DNA of 64,000 bases, taken from NCBI GenBank assembly GCA_965221905.1, contig OZ244922.1, forward strand, positions 2,144,001 to 2,208,000, read 5' to 3'. Below, in pieces: positions 10,429-19,659 of the stretch. Both the position numbers and the translations under genes were made by a program. How positions within the stretch are numbered: position 1 is the stretch's first letter; each line of letters starts with the position of its first letter. This stretch comes from Chloroflexota bacterium. Its GTDB lineage: Bacteria > Chloroflexota > UBA11872 > VXOZ01. Below the pieces are notes generated by a model. It ran no database searches. It worked only from the letters and a program-made list of their open reading frames with translations, and was not told the DNA's origin.

Positions 10429-11291
10429 TGAGTCGGCCCTGAGAAGTCCCGGTCCTCGAGCGGCAGCGGCACAAAATTCGCAACTACCATCACATGTTCC
10501 AATTGCGAGAAATCTACCAACGGCTCAATCTCTGCGGTTTGAAACTCCTCGTAGTCCTCTTGCTGCACGTTTTTTACTCTACCCAGCACAAAGTCTTTTG
10601 GTAGGCCTCCACCCATGCCGCTCGTAACCACAATGTCGCGCTCGTTGAGCTCTTCGGTCTGCAAGACATAGCGCATTTGGAGATGTCCATCGGGCGTGCC
10701 ATAGACAATGCCGAAAGTGCGGCGCAGGCCGCCCTGAACGACGGCATTGACCGCACTGGAGGGGCTGGTAATTAGTTGCACCTTCGACCAATGTGACGAA
10801 ACTCTGGTGACTTTCCCAATGACACCGAGATGAGTCACAACGACCATGCCCTCCTCTACTCCTCCGCTACTGCCAATGTCAATGATGATGACGTCTAGAA
10901 TATTTGTCGCATCCCTGCCAATTACCTGGGCGGGAAGATGGACCCACTTTGAGTTTGCTTGAACGTATCCCAGTTGCTCGCGGAGTGTGCGGTTCTCGAT
11001 TTCAGCACCGCGCAAGCTGATGATTTCCTGATAGAGCTTCTCTACGTCTTGTCGCAGCACGGCATTCTCTTCACGGAGATTCCTCGTTTCCTGGAACGAG
11101 CCCAAGACGTAGGCGGCGGCTCCGGTGGTCGAATCGAGGGCGCGTTGCACCGGAACCGCTACAAAAGCTACTGCACTTTCCACAGGTCGCAACCAACCTT
11201 GGCGCGAAAGGAAAATAAGCAGAACTGCGGCAACAATGAGGAGTGCAAGCCTCAAGGCCAAGGCCTGCGGTTGGAGGTTAAAGTCACGCAT
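10425..11291 (-). CDS. mreC: Rod shape-determining protein MreC
   Basis: TM plus coiled coil (LREEN...EN.TLRE), IDIG...GV..GMVV, VVTSG.GG.P. Confidence 0.93.
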   Translation of the reverse strand: MRDFNLQPQALALRLALLIVAAVLLIFLSRQGWLRPVESAVAFVAVPVQRALDSTTGAAAYVLGSFQETRNLREENAVLRQDVEKLYQEIISLRGAEIENRTLREQLGYVQANSKWVHLPAQVIGRDATNILDVIIIDIGSSGGVEEGMVVVTHLGVIGKVTRVSSHWSKVQLITSPSSAVNAVVQGGLRRTFGIVYGTPDGHLQMRYVLQTEELNERDIVVTSGMGGGLPKDFVLGRVKNVQQEDYEEFQTAEIEPLVDFSQLEHVMVVANFVPLPLEDRDFSGPTQ

Positions 11292-11314
11292 TGTGTCTCA
11301 GCCGGCACCCAATT

Positions 11315-12406
11315 CTAGGGGGCTACATGCGCGTACTCTCGTGCATCGGAAACGAAGAGCTTTTGGTAGAATTCGATGTCGTCGAGGCACTCACCTGTGC
11401 CAAGTGCAACACAGGTGAGCGCGTTTTCTGCTACGACGACCGGTACAAGCGTTTCCTCAGAAATTCGCTTGTCTATTCCCCCGAGGAACGCCCCACCTCC
11501 CGTAAGCACAATGCCCCTATCCACAACATCACTCAGCAATTCGGGTGGGGTTTCTTCAACAGATACCTTTACCGCTTCGACGATATCATGCACTGGCCCT
11601 TCAATAGCCTCACGCATCTCTCCTTGAGTCACAAGCACCGTCTTGGGGAGCCCGGAGAGCATATCCCGACCGCGCATCTCGAAGGTCTTTTCCTGTTCGT
11701 CGGGCAAGGGATACGCAGCGCCTATCGCTATCTTGCTTTCCTCAGCAGTGCGTTCACCAATTAGGAGGTCGTACGCTTGGCGGGCATAGTCAGTAATCGT
11801 CTGATCGATCTCATCACCGGCAATGCGAACTGAGCGTCTGACAACGATCCCGCCTAGAGATATTACCGCCACCTCTGTGGTACCGCCGCCAATATCCACA
11901 ATCATGTTGCCTGCGGGTTCGTCGACCGGCAGACCTGCCCCAATAGCTGCCGCCATCGGCTCCTCAATCAGATATGCTTCGCGTGCACCTGCATTGATTG
12001 CAGCATCTTGCACCGCACGCTTTTCCACTTCGGTCACACCACTGGGAATACCCACGATGACCCTTGGGCGCGGCACCAATTGCACGGTTGTGTGTACCCG
12101 ATTGATGACGTAACGAAGCATTGTTTCAACAGTTTCAAAGTCTGCAATTACGCCATCTTTTAGGGGCCGCACGGCCACGATATTTGAAGGAGTGCGGCCA
12201 ACCATCCGCTTTGCCTCCGCACCGACGGCGAGCACGCGTTTCGTCCGCAAATCCATCGCGACCACTGAAGGTTCGGAAACTACAACACCCTTATCTCTTG
12301 CATACACCAAGAGATTCGCAGTGCCGAGATCAATTCCAAGATCCTGGGAGAAAAGACCGAGAAAAGAGCTAAACGGACCGAGAATACTTGATCGCCAAGA
12401 AGACAT
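11315..12406 (-). CDS. mreB: Rod shape-determining actin MreB
   Basis: GIDLGTAN, EPSVVA, RPLKDGVIADF, EEPMAAAIGAG, DIGGGTTE, LTGGGA. Confidence 0.97.
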   Translation of the reverse strand: MSSWRSSILGPFSSFLGLFSQDLGIDLGTANLLVYARDKGVVVSEPSVVAMDLRTKRVLAVGAEAKRMVGRTPSNIVAVRPLKDGVIADFETVETMLRYVINRVHTTVQLVPRPRVIVGIPSGVTEVEKRAVQDAAINAGAREAYLIEEPMAAAIGAGLPVDEPAGNMIVDIGGGTTEVAVISLGGIVVRRSVRIAGDEIDQTITDYARQAYDLLIGERTAEESKIAIGAAYPLPDEQEKTFEMRGRDMLSGLPKTVLVTQGEMREAIEGPVHDIVEAVKVSVEETPPELLSDVVDRGIVLTGGGAFLGGIDKRISEETLVPVVVAENALTCVALGTGECLDDIEFYQKLFVSDAREYAHVAP

Positions 12407-12734
12407 TCCTCACCCCACAACCATATGAATTCTAAGAATTCTAGGGGAGCCAGATCGGAACCAAGGGGAACGGGTTGCACCAGCCACCCGCAAACAATAG
12501 TCTTTCATATCGTACCTAATCTCATTCATTCTAGCATACACTTGGCTTGTCGAAATACCTAGAGAAAAAAACGCTTCAAGAGAGTGGGTAGCATATTTGG
12601 TAGTTTCGGCCTCTCCGGCGCTTGTGCTCTGGCGTGCTTTGCCTGAACATCTGCTTCCCTGTGGTACACTGTTTTTCACACAAAGCACTATCATTTATTC
12701 AATCTCTTATCGTGAGTTCGAAAGGAGCTTTTCT

Positions 12735-13115
12735 ATGCGTGTCGATCGTCTGTACAGTCCCAAGGGACCGCGGCCTGCGGGGACATACTCCCAGGCGGTG
12801 CGTGCGGGCAATCTGCTGTTCATAGCGGGACAGGGCCCTCTCGACCCCCAAACCGGTGAAATCAAGGGCGAGACTCTTGCTGAGCAGTGCCAGCTTACGC
12901 TGCAAAACATCAAGAATATCGTAGAGGGTCACGGCGGCGACTTTCGCAATGTCGTAAAGGTAAATGTCTATCTCGCCGACATTAACGACTTTTCTGAGAT
13001 GGATAAGGTATACAAGACATTCTTCGGCGAGTACCCACCTGCACGCACAACGGTAGGCGTGCAAATGAACGACATTCTGGTCGAGATTGAAGCTACTGCA
13101 GTCATTGACGACTAA
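12735..13115 (+). CDS. RidA/YjgF family enamine/imine deaminase
   Basis: SD AAGGAG then ATG at 12735; YSQA, AGQGP, VVKVNVYL, PPARTTV, VEIEA. Confidence 0.9.
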   Translation: MRVDRLYSPKGPRPAGTYSQAVRAGNLLFIAGQGPLDPQTGEIKGETLAEQCQLTLQNIKNIVEGHGGDFRNVVKVNVYLADINDFSEMDKVYKTFFGEYPPARTTVGVQMNDILVEIEATAVIDD

Positions 13116-13130
13116 TTGTCAATTACGGCG

Positions 13131-13970
13131 CTACCCGACACCGGACTCTTCCAGCTTGGTCATTGTTTCGCGGTAGCGCCGATCCATTTCCGGCCCCTGT
13201 CGACTCAAGTATTCTTGCTCCAGAGCACGCGCAACCGTAGTAGCCGCTGCCGCCGGTATGTCTATTTCTGCAAACGTAATCTTGTCATAGCCGCGTTGAT
13301 ACGCGACCACTTCGCCCTTGCTTACAATGAGATTCTGACCGACGTTGGCCTGCACGATGGGCACGCCGTTCTCGCGAGCGCGGGCTAAGACCGCCTGGTT
13401 TTGCGCCTTGCTCTTATTGCCATAGGTCGGGATAAATAGGACTTGCGCGCCGTCGAGAACTATCGATCGGGCAATGAGAGGTTCCCAGCGGTCGTTGCAG
13501 ATAAGCATGCCGGCGCGACCAAGGGGTGTGTCAAATGCACGCAGCTTCTTGCCAATGCGGTTGAAATGCCAGGATGGATGTGTGCCTTCCGCAAATTGGC
13601 TCTTCTGATACGTGCCGCATAACTCCCCCGTGTGATCGATAAAGACCACCGTATTATAGATTCCGTTATCCGTCCGCTCGGCAAATCCAAAGCAGAGGCA
13701 TACGCCGAGTGATTGGGCCAGTTGGCGAAAGTGCCTCACGTAGGGTCCGTCTAACGGTTCCGCGATCTCCAGCATCTCGTCGGCTGACCGTCTACCCTCG
13801 ATGACGTCGTAGACAACGTAGCCTTCAAGAGCGCCCTCGATTGTCACGATCACTTCGGGTGCTTCTGCAGCCGCTTCGCGAATGAACCGCTCCATCTTTG
13901 CCGCATTATATGGCTTATCCCACTTCTTCGGTCGCAACGAGATTGCTGCCGTTTTGATCGTCGTGAACAT
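13131..13970 (-). CDS. Carbon-nitrogen hydrolase (nitrilase superfamily)
   Basis: E-K-C triad: IEGALEGY, YQK, LICND. Confidence 0.85.
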   Translation of the reverse strand: MFTTIKTAAISLRPKKWDKPYNAAKMERFIREAAAEAPEVIVTIEGALEGYVVYDVIEGRRSADEMLEIAEPLDGPYVRHFRQLAQSLGVCLCFGFAERTDNGIYNTVVFIDHTGELCGTYQKSQFAEGTHPSWHFNRIGKKLRAFDTPLGRAGMLICNDRWEPLIARSIVLDGAQVLFIPTYGNKSKAQNQAVLARARENGVPIVQANVGQNLIVSKGEVVAYQRGYDKITFAEIDIPAAAATTVARALEQEYLSRQGPEMDRRYRETMTKLEESGVG

Positions 13971-14292
13971 TTCGCACCTACCTTCTCGGCCTTCAAGTAA
14001 GCAGTAATCAGAGTGTCTGCATCTCTACGGCAACGCATGTCCCAAACGCAGAGCGTCCATGTGGTCGCGCACCCCTACGACGAAGCGACAAGTGCGGGAT
14101 CGACGAGAAATACGAGCTAGAACATGACGGGAACATTGCTAATCCGGAATCATCGGGAAGCTACGCCGGTTTGAGCGGTGCACAGCCAAATATCAGTGCA
14201 TGCGCAAAGACTTCTGCTAACAGGACCGAGAAATACTTAGCAAGAGAAGCCAACGGATTACGTCTAAATGCGAATCAGGCCCACTGCTCTGC

Positions 14293-15774
14293 TCATGCGA
14301 GCTCTGCTACTGCCCCTGCGAAGGCATCTATTGCCGATTTAATCCGTGTAAGGGTTCGCTCCCGGCCAAGTACTACCATAGTCTCAAAGAGCGGCGGCGT
14401 GGCAGTCTTGCCCGTAATCGCCACGCGGATGGGCATAAAGAGCTGTCCTGCCTTCCACTCCAAGTCGGCGGCTAATCCACGCAGGCAGACTTCGATATGC
14501 TCAAGATTCCAATCCTCAAGAGACTGGAGATTGTCGTACGCGCGCTCCAACGCATCCAGTGAATCTGACGGGGACTGCTTTTTCGCAACGAGGAGTTTCG
14601 GTTCGGGCGTCACGTCATCAGCAAAGAAAAAGTCAAGCACCGATGGCGCTTCAGCGAGATTCTTCAGACGCTCCTGCTCAAGCGCAACTGCGTCGCGAAC
14701 GTAGGACCGGTCGACTTTGTCCGGATCGATCATGCCGGCCTCCGCCAGGAATGGGACAGTGCGGTCTGTTAGGTCATCCACGGTAAGGCTGCGGATATAG
14801 ACGCCATTCAGCCAAATGAGCTTTTGTAGCTCGAACACCGCATTGGCTCTGTTGACACGCTCCAGGCTAAATGCAGCTATCAACTCATCTAAACTAAATT
14901 TCTCTTGGGTATCGCCAGGGTTCCAGCCAAGCAAGGCCAAGAAGTTCAAGACTGCCTCGGGCAGGTACCCCTGTGTAGCGTAGTCGCCTACCAAGACGGC
15001 GCCAGAACGCTTGCCTAGTTTTGTTCGGTCCGGATTTGTGAGTAAAGGGAGGTGCGCATAGGCCGGCAAATCAAAGCCCAGAGCGCGCGCGATTGGGATT
15101 TGCCGGTGCGTATTGTAGAGGTGATCGGCGCCGCGGATGACGTGGGAAATCTGCATATGGCTGTCATCGATCACAGACGCAAGATTGTACGTGGGCATGC
15201 CGTCAGCGCGCACTATCACTAGGTCATCGAGCTCAGAGGACTCGACCTTCATGTCTCCACGTACGAGATCGGTAAAGGAGACCGTCCCCTCGCGCGGCGA
15301 CAGAAAGCGAATCACGGAACGGGTGCTTGATCGCTCTCGCGCCTCTCGCTCTGCATCAGTGAGATGTAAGCACGTCTCCGGATACCGGAAGGGACGCCGT
15401 TCTTTTTGGGCTTCCTTGCGCAGTGCGTCAAGCTCTTCCGGTGTACACCAACACCGGTATGCATGACCGTTTTCCAAGAGCTTCTCAGTACAACTTTGAT
15501 AGAGCGCCAGACGCTCGCTTTGGCGATACGGCCCAAAGTCTCCACCTGCCGCATACCCTTCGTCCCAGTCCAAGCCCAGCCAGCGGAAGCTCAACAAAAC
15601 ACCTTCAACATCCTCATCCGTTGAGCGTTTCGCATCGGTGTCATCGATGCGAAGAATAAAGGTCCCACCGATCTGGCGGGCAAAGAGGTAATTGTACAGT
15701 GCCGTGCGGGCATTGCCTACGTGGAGATTGCCGGTGGGGCTAGGCGCTATACGCACGCGGACAGGATTAGCCAT
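14293..15774 (-). CDS. gltX: Glutamate--tRNA ligase
   Basis: RIAPSPTG, HVGN (HIGH), RIDDTD, KLGKR (KMSKS), NFLALLGW. Confidence 0.96.
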   Translation of the reverse strand: MANPVRVRIAPSPTGNLHVGNARTALYNYLFARQIGGTFILRIDDTDAKRSTDEDVEGVLLSFRWLGLDWDEGYAAGGDFGPYRQSERLALYQSCTEKLLENGHAYRCWCTPEELDALRKEAQKERRPFRYPETCLHLTDAEREARERSSTRSVIRFLSPREGTVSFTDLVRGDMKVESSELDDLVIVRADGMPTYNLASVIDDSHMQISHVIRGADHLYNTHRQIPIARALGFDLPAYAHLPLLTNPDRTKLGKRSGAVLVGDYATQGYLPEAVLNFLALLGWNPGDTQEKFSLDELIAAFSLERVNRANAVFELQKLIWLNGVYIRSLTVDDLTDRTVPFLAEAGMIDPDKVDRSYVRDAVALEQERLKNLAEAPSVLDFFFADDVTPEPKLLVAKKQSPSDSLDALERAYDNLQSLEDWNLEHIEVCLRGLAADLEWKAGQLFMPIRVAITGKTATPPLFETMVVLGRERTLTRIKSAIDAFAGAVAELA

Positions 15775-16025
15775 GCTATATGTTTAACTCCTCACTGCGG
15801 GTTCTACTTTGGAGTATCGCTCGCTCGCCGGTCTGAAACAGGCGCTGACTTCCTCGATAATCCCCTAATGACACGAGTGATGGCCTGACATGCCAAGAAG
15901 GATCCCAACGCCATGATCCCTGAGGACAAAGCCCGTTAAGTCCTAGCATTCAGGATCTTCCCGTGAGATGTTCGACCTAGGGGCGCAAGCAATCACGCCG
16001 GCTGTTCGGATAGCGATAACTGAGG

Positions 16026-16113
16026 CGGAGAGGGTGGGATTCGAACCCACGAGGCGCTTGTGGCGCCTACTCGCTCTCCAGGCGAGCGCCTTCGACCACT
16101 TGGCTACCTCTCC
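16026..16113 (-). tRNA. tRNA-Ser (anticodon GGA)
   Basis: Minus strand reads GGAGAGG...CTCGC-CTGGAGA-GCGAG, long variable arm, GGTTCGAATCCC, CCTCTCC-G. It is followed by CCT, so CCA is not fully encoded. Confidence 0.95.
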
Positions 16114-16421
16114 ACAGCGCATTTGAGCATGATGAGCCGACGTTATGTAGCGCTGGCTGCAATTCGCCGAGTTATAGAATCGAAATCTTCCCGGCGAGAA
16201 TCGAAGCTATCTCAAGGGTTTCCTCATGCATAGATTCTAGCAGCGCAGCGCCGGTAGCGTCAAAGTCCCACTGCAGAAAGGAGAACAACCGAAAATAAAT
16301 GCATCGGTTTGCGCACATGCCGAGGGCTTCCTGTCGGTTGACAGACGGCTTCAACCAAATCTACCATAACAGTTACAGCGACACCGCATGCAAGCTATTC
16401 CTCACGTTCATAATCAAGTGC

Positions 16422-18158
16422 ATGTCTCAGATTGCGGAATCCTCCTCTACGCTCATAGCAGACGTCGGTACCTTCAGCACGCGTATCTCTCTCCTAGAGC
16501 GCGTTGAAGGGGACTTTCGGCTCGCTGGCGCTGCGCATGTGCCTAGCACGATCGATCCTCCGATATCCGATGCGATGCTCGGCGTTTCGCGCGCTCTTGC
16601 GGAACTGGAGCGCACCACAGGATGGTCCGCCGGACAAGAATCCGTCACCAAGCTCGCAGTCACCAGCGTAGGGCTTACCGTTGTTACCAGTGTGCTGAGC
16701 TTGGGCGACAGCCGCACCTTGAATGCGATGCTCGAAACTCTGCAAGCATCGCCCATTACGCCTATAGACATCTTCGACCTCCATAATCGACCGCCCGATG
16801 CCTATCAGTTCGTGTACCAGCGACTCATAGATTCGCCGCTCGATGCGCTCATCATCCTCGGCAGCGATGCCGAGCAAGGTTGGGAGATAGAAATTGCACG
16901 GATTGGCGAAATCATTCGGAACGTGCTCGGCGCGCATCGCAACGCATGGAACGCAACCGTAGTCTTTGTTGGTTCCACGGCTCACGCACAGTTCCTGCGA
17001 ACTTTTCTTGGCGAGCGGGCAATGCTTCATCACATGGAATTGGACCCGGGCCAATCAGAGAGCGCCACCCTTGCCTCTCTCGAAGTCCTTGTGCAGTCGC
17101 TCGCCAAAGAGAGACGCCGGCTTCGGTTGCCGAATTATACAGGATTTGCCGAGTGGGCAGAGACTGATCCAATTGACTATCAGGAAGCCCTGGGCAGTGT
17201 CACCCAGCAGCTAGCACAGCGCTACAGCATTCACGTTCTCTCCTTGGATCTTGGAGCAAGCCACGTTGCTGCGGTTTCGAGCCTACCGAATGGGGATTTG
17301 CGCAGAGTATCTCTGGATGGTTTCGGCACCCTGCGCAGTCCGCAGAATATCCTGATCGAATCCGGTCGCGAGGCCGTTGAGCGCTGGCTGCCGTACGATC
17401 TGGATGAAGACCGGCTAGATAGCTTTCTCTTGCACCGGCTTGCACATCCCGCCGCTCTGCCGACGACGGTCGAGAGCCTTGTCTTGGAGCACGCCTTTGC
17501 GCGGGAAGCCATTCGCAGCGTGGTTGAGCTCATAGACGATCAAACAGTAGACGGGCAGAGAACTGCGCCCTGTGCTACCGCGGATGTGGTAATTGGCTGT
17601 GGCGCAACACTGGGCGGCGCACCGCGGCTGATACAGGCAGTAATGATGATGCTTGACTCCGTACAGCCCACCGGCTTTACGCAATTTGCCCTAGATCGAG
17701 CGGGCTCGCTACCGCTACTGCTGCTCGACAAAGCGATTGAAGAAGGAAATCCCTTTATCGAGCAGGATGTACTCTTGAGTCTCGGCGTTAGCATATCTCC
17801 GACGGGCCGCATGACCGAAAATCGCCCGGCCTTGAGTCTGCGCGTTGGCATTCCTTCTCGTTCTCCTGAGGAGTTTCAACTAAATTTTGGGGCCATGGAG
17901 GTTATTCCATGGGAGGGCGGCGCCGGCTCCAAGCTAGAAGTGTGGCCCGCTACACGGCTCGACCTTGGTGTAGGGCGGGGTCGGGGAGCCGAGCCACGTG
18001 CCAACCTCTATGGCGGCGCACTGGGGCTCATTGTTGACGCGCGCGGGCGCCCTCTCGAGCTTGATGCCAGCAAGGACAAGCGACAGGCTAAGACCCTTGA
18101 GTGGATGCAGACGACGGGGTCGTATCCCACATTGTCTTTCTCTGGGAGATCGAGCTAG
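16422..18158 (+). CDS. GlmL/MutL (glutamate mutase L)-like actin-fold protein
   Basis: N-terminal DVGTFSTR and second DLGASH phosphate-loop-like motifs; IGCGATLGGAP; C-terminal GLIVDARGRPL. Start placed at ATG 16422. Confidence 0.7.
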   Translation: MSQIAESSSTLIADVGTFSTRISLLERVEGDFRLAGAAHVPSTIDPPISDAMLGVSRALAELERTTGWSAGQESVTKLAVTSVGLTVVTSVLSLGDSRTLNAMLETLQASPITPIDIFDLHNRPPDAYQFVYQRLIDSPLDALIILGSDAEQGWEIEIARIGEIIRNVLGAHRNAWNATVVFVGSTAHAQFLRTFLGERAMLHHMELDPGQSESATLASLEVLVQSLAKERRRLRLPNYTGFAEWAETDPIDYQEALGSVTQQLAQRYSIHVLSLDLGASHVAAVSSLPNGDLRRVSLDGFGTLRSPQNILIESGREAVERWLPYDLDEDRLDSFLLHRLAHPAALPTTVESLVLEHAFAREAIRSVVELIDDQTVDGQRTAPCATADVVIGCGATLGGAPRLIQAVMMMLDSVQPTGFTQFALDRAGSLPLLLLDKAIEEGNPFIEQDVLLSLGVSISPTGRMTENRPALSLRVGIPSRSPEEFQLNFGAMEVIPWEGGAGSKLEVWPATRLDLGVGRGRGAEPRANLYGGALGLIVDARGRPLELDASKDKRQAKTLEWMQTTGSYPTLSFSGRSS

Positions 18159-18160
18159 CT

Positions 18161-19249
18161 ATGGCAACCATGCTTGCGCTGCGCGGCACGGCGAACCCAC
18201 CGACGCCGACCCCACAGATTGGTCGTTATCTCTTGCGGTTACGTCGGGTTCTGCCAGCCGACGGCGAAATCTCCGTGCAACCCGGGGATAAAGTAGAGCC
18301 ACACACCGTAGTTGGCGCTTGTTCCATAACCCCACAGCGATCTGTGATCGACTTGGCAAGCATGCTGGGTGTCTCTCCTGAGGACGTAGAAAAATCGCTC
18401 GAAGTTGCTCCTGGCGAGCGCTGCTCGGAAGGCGCGCTGATTGCCGCCCGGCGCCGCTTGCTGGGACTGCGCACACGTACAGCAATTGCCCCATTCAGCG
18501 GTCATATCGGCGCGGTCTCTTCACGTAGCGGTCTTGCTTGGTTCGAAGGCGAAAGCCGTGAGGTCCGTTTGCCTGCCGGGCTCTACGGTACCGTCATTGA
18601 CGTTGTACCGCCGCGCGAGGTTGTCATAGAAGCGGACGCGGTAGTTGTGCGCGGCGTGTACGCTGTTGGAGGGGAAGCGTCCGGCAATCTAACCACGGTC
18701 CTTTCCCAAGGGTCCAATAGCGAAGAGCGGCTCATTCTTGTATCCCGCGAGCCGGCTACCGTTGAAGTTATGCGGCGCGCCGCCCAACTTGAAGCCGCCG
18801 CTGTGGTGGCCCCGTCCGCTGCACGCAAGGACATGGCCGTGCTCGGCATGGACCCGCTGGCCCGCCCGACGTCGCATGGGTGGAAAGGCCCGCCGCTCCT
18901 ACTGACGGAAGGTTTCGGCGAGCACCCCATGACGGACACGCTCTGGGAACTCCTTACCGCCCAGCCGGTGCCATGGGCAACTGTGGTTGCTCGACCCGAC
19001 CTGCACGTCTTCCTGCTGATTCTGCCAATTCGTTCGCTCGCGCCGAAAGACGCCTGGACGCGCTTCGGCCCCGGCTCTCGGCTCAAGCGCGCCGGCAAGT
19101 CGGTGGAACCGGGAGAGGTGCGTTTGGACGCCTTCATGCCGTTCCCACTGGCTGTCCCCTCCGGTCTGCGGCTCCCCGCCGCAGAGACCATCGATGCCGA
19201 TGAACGCCGCAGCCGCGTGCCCCTTTCAGAACTGGAGTGGCTGATGTAG
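18161..19249 (+). CDS. Uncharacterised protein with barrel-sandwich (biotinyl/lipoyl-hybrid-like) segments, partner of the GlmL-like gene
   Basis: ATG 2 nt after the upstream stop; RVLPADGEISVQPGDKVEP, APFSGHI, GTVIDV.P, GGEASG, LLTEGFG. Confidence 0.65.
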   Translation: MATMLALRGTANPPTPTPQIGRYLLRLRRVLPADGEISVQPGDKVEPHTVVGACSITPQRSVIDLASMLGVSPEDVEKSLEVAPGERCSEGALIAARRRLLGLRTRTAIAPFSGHIGAVSSRSGLAWFEGESREVRLPAGLYGTVIDVVPPREVVIEADAVVVRGVYAVGGEASGNLTTVLSQGSNSEERLILVSREPATVEVMRRAAQLEAAAVVAPSAARKDMAVLGMDPLARPTSHGWKGPPLLLTEGFGEHPMTDTLWELLTAQPVPWATVVARPDLHVFLLILPIRSLAPKDAWTRFGPGSRLKRAGKSVEPGEVRLDAFMPFPLAVPSGLRLPAAETIDADERRSRVPLSELEWLM

Positions 19250-19392
19250 CCCTGACTGTGGCACGTTGTGCTCAGTTAGGATTGGTCGCCATTTCCATCT
19301 CGTAGGGTTTTCTTACCCAGAACTATCCTCTTGCCGTGGGTCTCCCCAGCTATCTGCCAATACTGCGCAGCAGAGCGCAACCACTTTGCAGT

Positions 19393-19412
19393 TATAACAC
19401 ATATCTGTTATA
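19393..19412. promoter_or_regulatory. Inverted repeat TATAACA-N6-TGTTATA in an AT-rich patch upstream of the lamin-tail gene; candidate operator
   Basis: Exact 7-bp inverted repeat; ATATCT occurs three times within 19401-19436. Confidence 0.35.
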
Positions 19413-19659
19413 GTAACGTATATCTGTACTATATCTATAGATGCTATTAGGCAGTAGCTCTGTATTACTTCAATTAAGTTGACATGCAAGATCGGCAGAA
19501 CAGTTAAGTGAAACGCCACCGCTGTGCGCGTGTTGAGAGCTTCAGATGTTGCAAAGGAAGATAGCAATCGACACATCTGCCAGCTCCAAGGAAACGAACT
19601 CGCATTGCTACTGCTCGTAAATATGAAGAAGCAATGTATTCGGGATGACTTGACCCACA

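Noticed and set aside
15780-16020. TGAGATGTTCG resembling the 5' end of 6S RNA, or a gltX leader RNA
   Set aside because: Only a short word match with no long complementary partner, and there is too little room before the tRNA.
16026-16113. tRNA-Ser as an integration site for an island
   Set aside because: No duplicated tRNA 3' end and no integrase were seen; the 3' neighbour is the core gene gltX.
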